64,000 nt of DNA from Auanema rhodensis. Taxonomy: Eukaryota > Animalia > Nematoda. Shown in pieces: positions 28,301 to 41,960 of this stretch. The stretch is from NCBI GenBank assembly GCA_964057225.1, contig CAXKVF010000085.1, positions 124,001-188,000 on the forward strand, given 5' to 3'. Every line of letters begins with the position of its first letter. Positions within the stretch are counted from its first letter, which is position 1. Below the pieces are notes generated by a model that saw only the letters and a program-made list of their open reading frames with translations, made no database searches and was not told the DNA's origin. A program made the translations under genes and the position numbers.

Positions 28301-31300
28301 TGGTAACCATGACTTTGAAATTTACGTGAACTTTAATTTATGCTAATTAAATGTACACGTGATGTGCACTTGGTATGTAACTCGCTTCACGTGAAAGATA
28401 AAGTGATGCGGTTTTCAAAATTAGATTCCCCATGTCCATATTAGTCTAAAAACAAATTTTTATTGATATTGGTTCATGGTAACCATGACTTTGAAATTTA
28501 CGTGAACTTTAATTTATGCTAATTAAATGTACACGTGATGTGCACTTGGTATGTAACTCGCTTCACGTGAAAGATAAAGAGATGCGGTTTTCAAAATTAG
28601 ATTCCCCATGTCCATATTAGTCTAAAAACAAATTTTTATTGATATTGGTTCATGGTAACCATGACTTTGAAATTTACGTGAACTTTAATTTATGCTAATT
28701 AAATGTACACGTGATGTGCACTTGGTATGTAACTCGCTTCACGTGGAAGATAAAGAGATGCGGTTTTCAAAATTAGATTCCCCATGTCCATATTAGTCTA
28801 AAAACAAATTTTTATTGATATTGGTTCATGGTAACCATGACTTTGAAATTTACGTGAACTTTAATTTATGCTAATTAAATGTACACGTGATGTGCACTTG
28901 GTATGTAACTCGCTTCACGTGAAAGATAAAGTGATGCGGTTTTCAAAATTAGATTCCCCATGTCCATATTAGTCTAAAAACAAATTTGTATTGATATTGG
29001 TTCATGGTAACCATGACGTTGAAATTTACGTGAACTTTAATTTATGCTAATTAAATGTACACGTGATGTGCACTTGGTATGTAACTCGCTTCACGTGAAA
29101 GATAAAGAGATGCGGTTTTCAACATTAGATTCCCCATGTCCATATTAGTCTAAAAACAAATTTTTATTGATATTGGTTCATGGTAACCATGACTTTGAAA
29201 TTTACGTGAACATTAATTTATGCTAATTAAATGTACACGTGATGTGCACTTGGTATGTAACTCGCTTCACGTGAAAGATAAAGAGAAGCGGTTTTCAAAA
29301 TTTGATTCCCCATGTCCATATTAGTCTAAAAACAAATTTTTATTGATATTGGTTCATGGTAACCATGACTTTGAAATTTACGTGAACTTTAATTTATGCT
29401 AATTAAATGTACACGTGATGTGCACTTGATATGTAACTCGCTTCACGTGAAAGATAAAGAGATGCGGTTTTCAACATTAGATTCCCCATGTCCATATTAG
29501 TCTAAAAACAAATTTTTATTGATATTGGTTCATGGTAACCATGACGTTGAAATTTACGTGAACTTTAATTTATGCTAATTAAATGTACACGTGATGTGCA
29601 CTTGGTATGTAACTCGCTTCACGTGAAAGATAAAGAGAAGCGGTTTTCAAAATTTGATTCCCCATGTCCATATTAGTCTAAAAACAAATTTTTATTGATA
29701 TTGGTGCATGGTAACCATGACTTTGAAATTTACGTGAACTTTAATTTATGCTAATTAAATGTACACGTGATGTGCACTTGGTATGTAACTCGCTTCACGT
29801 GAAAGATAAAGAGATGCGGTTTTCAACATTAGATTCCTCATGTCCATATTAGTCTAAAAACAAATTTTTATTGATATTGGTTCATGGTAACCATGACTTT
29901 GAAATTTACGTGAACTTTAATTTATGCTAATTAAATGTACACGTGATGTGCACTTGGTATGTAACTCGCTTCACGTGAAAGATAAAGAGAAGCGGTTTTC
30001 AAAATTTGATTCCCCATGTCCATATTAGTCTAAAAACAAATTTTTATTGATATTGGTTCATGGTAACCATGACTTTGAAATTTACGTGAACTTTAATTTA
30101 TGCTAATTAAATGTACACGTGATGTGCACTTGGTATGTAACTCGCTTCACGTGAAAGATAAAGAGATGCGGTTTTCAAAATTAGATTCCCCATGTCCATA
30201 TTAGTCTAAAAACAAATTTTTATTGATATTGGTTCATGGTAACCATGACTTTGAAATTTACGTGAACTTTAATTTATGCTAATTAAATGTACACGTGATG
30301 TGCACTTGGTATGTAACTCGCTTCACGTGAAAGATAAAGAGATGCGGTTTTCAAAATTAGATGCCACATGTCCATATTAGTCTAAAAACAAATGTTTATT
30401 GATATTGCTTCATGGTAACCATGACTTTGAAATTTACGTGAACTTTAATTTATGCTAATTAAATGTACACGTGATGTGCACTTGGTATGTAACTCGCTTC
30501 ACGTGAAAGATAAAGAGATGCGGTTTTCAAAATTAGATTCCCCATGTCCATATTAGTCTAAAAACAAATTTTTATTGATATTGGTTCATGGTAACCATGA
30601 CTTTGAAATTTACGTGAACTTTAATTTATGCTAATTAAATGTACACGTGATGTGCACTTGGTATGTAACTCGCTTCACGTGAAAGATAAAGAGATGCGGT
30701 TTTCAAAATTAGATTCCCCATGTCCATATTAGTCTAAAAACAAATTTTTATTGATATTGCTTCATGGTAACCATGACTTTGAAATTTACGTGAACTTTAA
30801 TTTATGCTAATTAAATGTACACGTGATGTGCACTTGGTATGTAACTCGCTTCACGTGAAAGATAAAGAGATGCGGTTTTCAAAATTAGATTCCCCATGTC
30901 CATATTAGTCTAAAAACAAATTTTTATTGATATTGGTTCATGGTAACCATGACTTTGAAATTTACGTGAACTTTAATTTATGCTAATTAAATGTACACGT
31001 GATGTGCACTTGGTATGTAACTCGCTTCACGTGAAAGATAAAGAGATGCGGTTTTCAAAATTAGATTCCCCATGTCCATATTAGTCTAAAAACAAATTTT
31101 TATTGATATTGGTTCATGGTAACCATGACTTTGAAATTTACGTGAACTTTAATTTATGCTAATTAAATGTACACGTGATGTGCACTTGGTATGTAACTCG
31201 CTTCACGTGAAAGACAAAGAGATGCGGTTTTCAAAATTAGATTCCCCATGTCCATATTAGTCTAAAAACAAATTTTTATTGATATTGGTTCATGGTAACC

Positions 31301-34300
31301 ATGACTTTGAAATTTACGTGAACTTTAATTTATGCTAATTAAATGTACACGTGATGTGCACTTGGTATGTAACTCGCTTCACGTGAAAGATAAAGAGATG
31401 CGGTTTTCAAAATTAGATTCCCCATGTCCATATTAGTCTAAAAACAAATTTTTATTGATATTGGTGCATGGTAACCATGACTTTGAAATTTACGTGAACT
31501 TTAATTTATGCTAATTAAATGTACACGTGATGTGCACTTGGTATGTAACTCGCTTCACGTGAAAGATAAAGAGATGCGGTTTCCAAAATTAGATTCCCCA
31601 TGTCCATATTAGTCTAAAAACAAATTTTTATTGATATTGGTTCATGGTAACCATGACTTTGAAATTTACGTGAACTTTAATTTATGCTAATTAAATGTAC
31701 ACGTGATGTGCACTTGGTATGTAACTCGCTTCACGTGAAAGATAAAGAGATGCGGTTTTCAAAATAAGATTCCCCATGTCCATATTAGTCTAAAAACAAA
31801 TTTTTATTGATATTGGTGTATGGTAACCATGACTTTGAATTTTACGTGAACTTTAATTTATGCTAATTAAATGTACACGTGATGTGCACTTGGTATGTAA
31901 CTCGCTTCACGTGAAAGATAAAGAGATGCGGTTTTCAAAATTAGATTCCCCATGTCCATATTAGTCTAAAAACAAATTTTTATTGATATTGGTTCATGGT
32001 AACCATGACTTTGAAATTTACGTGAACTTTAATTTATGCTAATTAAATGTACACGTGATGTGCACTTGGTATGTAACTCGCTTCACGTGAAAGATAAAGA
32101 GATGCGGTTTTCAAAATTAGATTCCCCATGTCCATATTAGTCTAAAAACAAATTTTTATTGATATTGCTTCATGGTAACCATGACTTTGAAATTTACGTG
32201 AACTTTAATTTATGCTAATTAAATGTACACGTGATGTGCACTTGGTATGTAACTCGCTTCACGTGAAAGATAAAGAGATGCGGTTTTCAAAATTAGATTC
32301 CCCATGTCCATATTAGTCTAAAAACAAATTTTTATTGATATTGGTTCATGGTAACCATGACTTTGAAATTTACGTGAACTTTAATTTATGCTAATTAAAT
32401 GTACACTTGATGTGCACTTGGTATGTAACTCGCTTCACGTGAAAGATAAAGAGATGCGGTTTTCAAAATTAGATTCCCCACGTCCATATTAGTCTAAAAA
32501 CAAATTTTTATTGATATTGGTTCATGGTAACCATGACTTTGAAATTTACGTGAACTTTAATTTATGCTAATTAAATGTACACGTGATGTGCACTTGGTAT
32601 GTAACTCGCTTCACGTGAAAGATAAAGAGATGCGGTTTTCAAAATTAGATTCCCCATGTCCATATTAGTCTAAAAACAAATTTTTATTGATATTGCTTCA
32701 TGGTAACCATGACTTTGAAATTTACGTGAACTTTAATTTATGCTAATTAAATGTACACGTGATGTGCACTTGGTATGTAACTCGCTTCACGTGAAAGATG
32801 AAGAGATGCGGTTTTCAAAATTAGATTCCCCATGTCCATATTAGTCTAAAAACAAATTTTTATTGATATTGGTTCATGGTAACCATGACTTTGAAATTTA
32901 CGTGAACTTTAATTTATGCTAATTAAATGTACACGTGATGTGCACTTGGTATGTAACTCGCTTCACGTGAAAGATAAAGAGATGCGGTTTTCAAAATTAG
33001 ATTCCCCATGTCCATATTAGTCTAAAAACAAATTTTTATTGATATTGGTTCATGGTAACCATGACTTTGAAATTTACGTGAACTTTAATTTATGCTAATT
33101 AAATGTACACGTGATGTGCACTTGGTATGTAACTCGCTTCACGTGAAAGATAAAGAGATGCGGTTTTTAAAATTAGATTCCCCATGTCCATATTAGTCTA
33201 AAAACAAATTTTTATTGATATTGGTGCATGGTAACCATGACTTTGAATTTTACGTGAACTTTAATTTATGCTAATTAAATGTACACGTGATGTGCACTTG
33301 GTATGTAACTCGCTTCACGTGAAAGATAAAGAGATGCGGTTTTCAAAATTAGATTCCCCATGTCCATATTAGTCTAAAAACAAATTTTTATTGATATTGG
33401 TTCATGGTAACCATGACTTTGAAATTTACGTGAAATTTAATTTATGCTAATTAAATGTACACGTGATGTGCACTTGGTATGTAACTCGCTTCACGTGAAA
33501 GATAAAGAGATGCGGTTTTCAAAATTAGATTCCCCATGTCCATATTAGTCTAAAAACAAATTTGTATTGATATTGGTTCATGGTAACCATGACGTTGAAA
33601 TTTACGTGAACTTTAATTTATGCTAATTAAATGTACACGTGATGTGCACTTGGTATGTAACTCGCTTCACGTGAAAGATAAAGAGATGCGGTTTTCAACA
33701 TTAGATTCCCCATGTCCATATTAGTCTAAAAACAAATTTTTATTGATATTGGTGCATGGTAACCATGACGTTGAAATTTACGTGAACTTTAATTTATGCT
33801 AATTAAATGTACACGTGATGTGCACTTGGTATGTAACTCGCTTCACGTGAAAGATAAAGAGATGCGGTTTTCAACATTAGATTCCCCATGTCCATATTAG
33901 TCTAAAAACAAATTTTTATTGATATTGGTGCATGGTAACCATGACTTTGAAATTTACGTGAACTTTAATTTATGCTAATTAAATGTACACGTGATGTGCA
34001 CTTGGTATGTAACTCGCTTCACGTGAAAGATAAAGTGATGCGGTTTTCAAAATTAGATTCCCCATGTCCATATTAGTCTAAAAACAAATTTTTATTGATA
34101 TTGGTTCATGGTAACCATGACTTTGAAATTTACGTGAACTTTAATTTATGCTAATTAAATGTACACGTGATGTGCACTTGGTATGTAACTCGCTTCACGT
34201 GAAAGATAAAGAGATGCGGTTTTCAAAATTAGATTCCCCATGTCCATATTAGTCTAAAAACAAATTTTTATTGATATTGGTTCATGGTAACCATGACTTT

Positions 34301-35800
34301 GAAATTTACGTGAACTTTAATTTATGCTAATTAAATGTACACGTGATGTGCACTTGGTATGTAACTCGCTTCACGTGGAAGATAAAGAGATGCGGTTTTC
34401 AAAATTAGATTCCCCATGTCCATATTAGTCTAAAAACAAATTTTTATTGATATTGGTTCATGGTAACCATGACTTTGAAATTTACGTGAACTTTAATTTA
34501 TGCTAATTAAATGTACACGTGATGTGCACTTGGTATGTAACTCGCTTCACGTGAAAGATAAAGTGATGCGGTTTTCAAAATTAGATTCCCCATGTCCATA
34601 TTAGTCTAAAAACAAATTTGTATTGATATTGGTTCATGGTAACCATGACGTTGAAATTTACGTGAACTTTAATTTATGCTAATTAAATGTACACGTGATG
34701 TGCACTTGGTATGTAACTCGCTTCACGTGAAAGATAAAGAGATGCGGTTTTCAACATTAGATTCCCCATGTCCATATTAGTCTAAAAACAAATTTTTATT
34801 GATATTGGTTCATGGTAACCATGACTTTGAAATTTACGTGAACATTAATTTATGCTAATTAAATGTACACGTGATGTGCACTTGGTATGTAACTCGCTTC
34901 ACGTGAAAGATAAAGAGAAGCGGTTTTCAAAATTTGATTCCCCATGTCCATATTAGTCTAAAAACAAATTTTTATTGATATTGGTTCATGGTAACCATGA
35001 CTTTGAAATTTACGTGAACTTTAATTTATGCTAATTAAATGTACACGTGATGTGCACTTGATATGTAACTCGCTTCACGTGAAAGATAAAGAGATGCGGT
35101 TTTCAACATTAGATTCCCCATGTCCATATTAGTCTAAAAACAAATTTGTATTGATATTGGTTCATGGTAACCATGACGTTGAAATTTACGTGAACTTTAA
35201 TTTATGCTAATTAAATGTACACGTGATGTGCACTTGGTATGTAACTCGCTTCACGTGAAAGATAAAGAGAAGCGGTTTTCAAAATTTGATTCCCCATGTC
35301 CATATTAGTCTAAAAACAAATTTTTATTGATATTGGTGCATGGTAACCATGACTTTGAAATTTACGTGAACTTTAATTTATGCTAATTAAATGTACACGT
35401 GATGTGCACTTGGTATGTAACTCGCTTCACGTGAAAGATAAAGAGATGCGGTTTTCAACATTAGATTCCTCATGTCCATATTAGTCTAAAAACAAATTTT
35501 TATTGATATTGGTTCATGGTAACCATGACTTTGAAATTTACGTGAACTTTAATTTATGCTAATTAAATGTACACGTGATGTGCACTTGGTATGTAACTCG
35601 CTTCACGTGAAAGATAAAGAGAAGCGGTTTTCAAAATTTGATTCCCCATGTCCATATTAGTCTAAAAACAAATTTTTATTGATATTGGTTCATGGTAACC
35701 ATGACTTTGAAATTTACGTGAACTTTAATTTATGCTAATTAAATGTACACGTGATGTGCACTTGGTATGTAACTCGCTTCACGTGAAAGATAAAGAGATG
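25345..35800 (+). repeat. Large duplication: about 27 monomers repeated at a 32-monomer offset (5632 bp)
   Basis: Many rare variants recur in order at +5632, including G23T (26775/32407), T63C, aataag+ggtgtatg+gaattt, gatgaa, gtttttaa, gtgaaattt and gaacatt. Confidence 0.95.
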
Positions 35801-37136
35801 CGGTTTTCAACATTAGATTCCCCATGTCCATATTAGTCTAAAAACAAATTTTTATTGATATTGGTTCATGGTAACCATGACTTTGAAATTTACGTGAACT
35901 TTAATTTATGCTAATTAAATGTACACGTGATGTGCACTTGGTATGTAACTCGCTTCACGTGAAAGATAAAGAGAAGCGGTTTTCAAAATTTGATTCCCCA
36001 TGTCCATATTAGTCTAAAAACAAATTTTTATTGATATTGGTTCATGGTAACCATGACTTTGAAATTTACGTGAACTTTAATTTATGCTAATTAAATGTAC
36101 ACGTGATGTGCACTTGATATGTAACTCGCTTCACGTGAAAGATAAAGAGATGCGGTTTTCAACATTAGATTCCCCATGTCCATATTAGTCTAAAAACAAA
36201 TTTGTATTGATATTGGTTCATGGTAACCATGACGTTGAAATTTACGTGAAATTTAATTTATGCTAATTAAATGTACACGTGATGTGCACTTGGTATGTAA
36301 CTCGCTTCACGTGAAAGATAAAGAGATGCGGTTTTCAACATTAGATTCCCCATGTCCATATTAGTCTAAAAACAAATTTTTATTGATATTGGTGCATGGT
36401 AACCATGACTTTGAAATTTACGTGAACTTTAATTTATGCTAATTAAATGTACACGTGATGTGCACTTGGTATGTAACTCGCTTCACGTGAAAGATAAAGA
36501 GATGCGGTTTTCAACATTAGATTCCCCATGTCCATATTAGTCTAAAAACAAATTTTTATTGATATTGGTTCATGGTAACCATGACTTTGAAATTTACGTG
36601 AACTTTAATTTATGCTAATTAAATGTACACGTGATGTGCACTTGGTATGTAACTCGCTTCACGTGAAAGATAAAGAGAAGCGGTTTTCAAAATTTGATTC
36701 CCCATGTCCATATTAGTCTAAAAACAAATTTTTATTGATATTGGTTCATGGTAACCATGACTTTGAAATTTACGTGAACTTTAATTTATGCTAATTAAAT
36801 GTACACGTGATGTGCACTTGGTATGTAACTCGCTTCACGTGAAAGATAAAGAGATGCGGTTTTCAACATTAGATTCCCCATGTCCATATTAGTCTAAAAA
36901 CAAATTTTTATTGATATTGGTTCATGGTAACCATGACGTTGAAATTTACGTGAACTTTAATTTATGCTAATTAAATGTACACGTGATGTGCACTTGGTAT
37001 GTAACTCGCTTCACGTGAAAGATAAAGAGAAGCGGTTTTCAAAATTTGATTCCCCATGTCCATATTAGTCTAAAAACAAATTTTTATTGATATTGGTTCA
37101 TGGTAACCATGACGTTGAAATTTACGTGAACTTTAA

Positions 37137-40100
37137 TTTATGCTAATTAAATGTACACGTGATGTGCACTTGGTATGTAACTCGCTTCACGTGAAAGATA
37201 AAGAGAAGCGGTTTTCAAAATTTGATTCCCCATGTCCATATTAGTCTAAAAACAAATTTTTATTGATATTGGTTCATGGTAACCATGACTTTGAAATTTA
37301 CGTGAACTTTAATTTATGCTAATTAAATGTACACGTGATGTGCACTTGGTATGTAACTCGCTTCACGTGAAAGATAAAGTGATGCGGTTTTCAAAATTAG
37401 ATTCCCCATGTCCATATTAGTCTAAAAACAAATTTGTATTGATATTGGTTCATGGTAACCATGACGTTGAAATTTACGTGAACTTTAATTTATGCTAATT
37501 AAATGTACACGTGATGTGCACTTGGTATGTAACTCGCTTCACGTGAAAGATAAAGAGATGCGGTTTTCAACATTAGATTCCCCATGTCCATATTAGTCTA
37601 AAAACAAATTTTTATTGATATTGGTGCATGGTAACCATGACGTTGAAATTTACGTGAACTTTAATTTATGCTAATTAAATGTACACGTGATGTGCACTTG
37701 GTATGTAACTCGCTTCACGTGAAAGATAAAGAGATGCGGTTTTCAACATTAGATTCCCCATGTCCATATTAGTCTAAAAACAAATTTTTATTGATATTGG
37801 TGCATGGTAACCATGACTTTGAAATTTACGTGAACTTTAATTTATGCTAATTAAATGTACACGTGATGTGCACTTGGTATGTAACTCGCTTCACGTGAAA
37901 GATAAAGTGATGCGGTTTTCAAAATTAGTTCCCCATGTCCATATTAGTCTAAAAACAAATTTTTATTGATATTGGTTCATGGTAACCATGACTTTGAAAT
38001 TTACGTGAACTTTAATTTATGCTAATTAAATGTACACGTGATGTGCACTTGGTATGTAACTCGCTTCACGTGAAAGATAAAGAGATGCGGTTTTCAAAAT
38101 TAGATTCCCCATGTCCATATTAGTCTAAAAACAAATTTTTATTGATATTGGTTCATGGTAACCATGACTTTGAAATTTACGTGAACTTTAATTTATGCTA
38201 ATTAAATGTACACGTGATGTGCACTTGGTATGTAACTCGCTTCACGTGGAAGATAAAGAGATGCGGTTTTCAAAATTAGATTCCCCATGTCCATATTAGT
38301 CTAAAAACAAATTTTTATTGATATTGGTTCATGGTAACCATGACTTTGAAATTTACGTGAACTTTAATTTATGCTAATTAAATGTACACGTGATGTGCAC
38401 TTGGTATGTAACTCGCTTCACGTGGAAGATAAAGAGATGCGGTTTTCAAAATTAGATTCCCCATGTCCATATTAGTCTAAAAACAAATTTTTATTGATAT
38501 TGGTTCATGGTAACCATGACTTTGAAATTTACGTGAACTTTAATTTATGCTAATTAAATGTACACGTGATGTGCACTTGGTATGTAACTCGCTTCACGTG
38601 AAAGATAAAGAGATGCGGTTTTCAACATTAGATTCCCCATGTCCATATTAGTCTAAAAACAAATTTTTATTGATATTGGTGCATGGTAACCATGACGTTG
38701 AAATTTACGTGAACTTTAATTTATGCTAATTAAATGTACACGTGATGTGCACTTGGTATGTAACTCGCTTCACGTGAAAGATAAAGAGAAGCGGTTTTCA
38801 AAATTTGATTCCCCATGTCCATATTAGTCTAAAAACAAATTTTTATTGATATTGGTTCATGGTAACCATGACTTTGAAATTTACGTGAACTTTAATTTAT
38901 GCTAATTAAATGTACACGTGATGTGCACTTGATATGTAACTCGCTTCACGTGAAAGATAAAGAGATGCGGTTTTCAACATTAGATTCCCCATGTCCATAT
39001 TAGTCTAAAAACAAATTTGTATTGATATTGGTTCATGGTAACCATGACGTTGAAATTTACGTGAACTTTAATTTATGCTAATTAAATGTACACGTGATGT
39101 GCACTTGGTATGTAACTCGCTTCACGTGAAAGATAAAGAGAAGCGGTTTTCAAAATTTGATTCCCCATGTCCATATTAGTCTAAAAACAAATTTTTATTG
39201 ATATTGGTTCATGGTAACCATGACTTTGAAATTTACGTGAACTTTAATTTATGCTAATTAAATGTACACGTGATGTGCACTTGGTATGTAACTCGCTTCA
39301 CGTGAAAGATAAAGTGATGCGGTTTTCAAAATTAGATTCCCCATGTCCATATTAGTCTAAAATCAAATTTGTATTGATATTGGTTCATGGTAACCATGAC
39401 GTTGAAATTTACGTGAACTTTAATTTATGCTAATTAAATGTACACGTGATGTGCACTTGGTATGTAACTCGCTTCACGTGAAAGATAAAGAGATGCGGTT
39501 TTCAACATTAGATTCCCCATGTCCATATTAGTCTAAAAACAAATTTTTATTGATATTGGTGCATGGTAACCATGACGTTGAAATTTACGTGAACTTTAAT
39601 TTATGCTAATTAAATGTACACGTGTTGTGCACTTGGTATGTAACTCGCTTCACGTGAAAGATAAAGAGATGCGGTTTTCAACATTAGATTCCCCATGTCC
39701 ATATTAGTCTAAAAACAAATTTTTATTGATATTGGTGCATGGTAACCATGACTTTGAAATTTACGTGAACTTTAATTTATGCTAATTAAATGTACACGTG
39801 ATGTGCACTTGGTATGTAACTCGCTTCACGTGAAAGATAAAGTGATGCGGTTTTCAAAATTAGTTCCCCATGTCCATATTAGTCTAAAAACAAATTTTTA
39901 TTGATATTGGTTCATGGTAACCATGACTTTGAAATTTACGTGAACTTTAATTTATGCTAATTAAATGTACACGTGATGTGCACTTGGTATGTAACTCGCT
40001 TCACGTGAAAGATAAAGAGATGCGGTTTTCAAAATTAGATTCCCCATGTCCATATTAGTCTAAAAACAAATTTTTATTGATATTGGTTCATGGTAACCAT

Positions 40101-41960
40101 GACTTTGAAATTTACGTGAACTTTAATTTATGCTAATTAAATGTACACGTGATGTGCACTTGGTATGTAACTCGCTTCACGTGGAAGATAAAGAGATGCG
40201 GTTTTCAAAATTAGATTCCCCATGTCCATATTAGTCTAAAAACAAATTTTTATTGATATTGGTTCATGGTAACCATGACTTTGAAATTTACGTGAACTTT
40301 AATTTATGCTAATTAAATGTACACGTGATGTGCACTTGGTATGTAACTCGCTTCACGTGGAAGATAAAGAGATGCGGTTTTCAAAATTAGATTCCCCATG
40401 TCCATATTAGTCTAAAAACAAATTTTTATTGATATTGGTTCATGGTAACCATGACTTTGAAATTTACGTGAACTTTAATTTATGCTAATTAAATGTACAC
40501 GTGATGTGCACTTGGTATGTAACTCGCTTCACGTGAAAGATAAAGAGATGCGGTTTTCAACATTAGATTCCCCATGTCCATATTAGTCTAAAAACAAATT
40601 TTTATTGATATTGGTGCATGGTAACCATGACGTTGAAATTTACGTGAACTTTAATTTATGCTAATTAAATGTACACGTGATGTGCACTTGGTATGTAACT
40701 CGCTTCACGTGAAAGATAAAGAGAAGCGGTTTTCAAAATTTGATTCCCCATGTCCATATTAGTCTAAAAACAAATTTTTATTGATATTGGTTCATGGTAA
40801 CCATGACTTTGAAATTTACGTGAACTTTAATTTATGCTAATTAAATGTACACGTGATGTGCACTTGATATGTAACTCGCTTCACGTGAAAGATAAAGAGA
40901 TGCGGTTTTCAACATTAGATTCCCCATGTCCATATTAGTCTAAAAACAAATTTGTATTGATATTGGTTCATGGTAACCATGACGTTGAAATTTACGTGAA
41001 CTTTAATTTATGCTAATTAAATGTACACGTGATGTGCACTTGGTATGTAACTCGCTTCACGTGAAAGATAAAGAGAAGCGGTTTTCAAAATTTGATTCCC
41101 CATGTCCATATTAGTCTAAAAACAAATTTTTATTGATATTGGTTCATGGTAACCATGACTTTGAAATTTACGTGAACTTTAATTTATGCTAATTAAATGT
41201 ACACGTGATGTGCACTTGGTATGTAACTCGCTTCACGTGAAAGATAAAGTGATGCGGTTTTCAAAATTAGATTCCCCATGTCCATATTAGTCTAAAAACA
41301 AATTTGTATTGATATTGGTTCATGGTAACCATGACGTTGAAATTTACGTGAACTTTAATTTATGCTAATTAAATGTACACGTGATGTGCACTTGGTATGT
41401 AACTCGCTTCACGTGAAAGATAAAGAGATGCGGTTTTCAACATTAGATTCCCCATGTCCATATTAGTCTAAAAACAAATTTTTATTGATATTGGTGCATG
41501 GTAACCATGACGTTGAAATTTACGTGAACTTTAATTTATGCTAATTAAATGTACACGTGATGTGCACTTGGTATGTAACTCGCTTCACGTGAAAGATAAA
41601 GAGATGCGGTTTTCAACATTAGATTCCCCATGTCCATATTAGTCTAAAAACAAATTTTTATTGATATTGGTGCATGGTAACCATGACTTTGAAATTTACG
41701 TGAACTTTAATTTATGCTAATTAAATGTACACGTGATGTGCACTTGGTATGTAACTCGCTTCACGTGAAAGATAAAGTGATGCGGTTTTCAAAATTAGTT
41801 CCCCATGTCCATATTAGTCTAAAAACAAATTTTTATTGATATTGGTTCATGGTAACCATGACTTTGAAATTTACGTGAACTTTAATTTATGCTAATTAAA
41901 TGTACACGTGATGTGCACTTGGTATGTAACTCGCTTCACGTGAAAGATAAAGAGATGCGG
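37137..41960 (+). repeat. 11-monomer (1935-bp) higher-order repeat, about 2.5 copies, marked by a 175-bp monomer
   Basis: Deletion of A89 (attagttcccc) follows positions 37928, 39863 and 41798, spaced 1935 = 11x176-1. The flanking variant order is shared. Confidence 0.95.
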
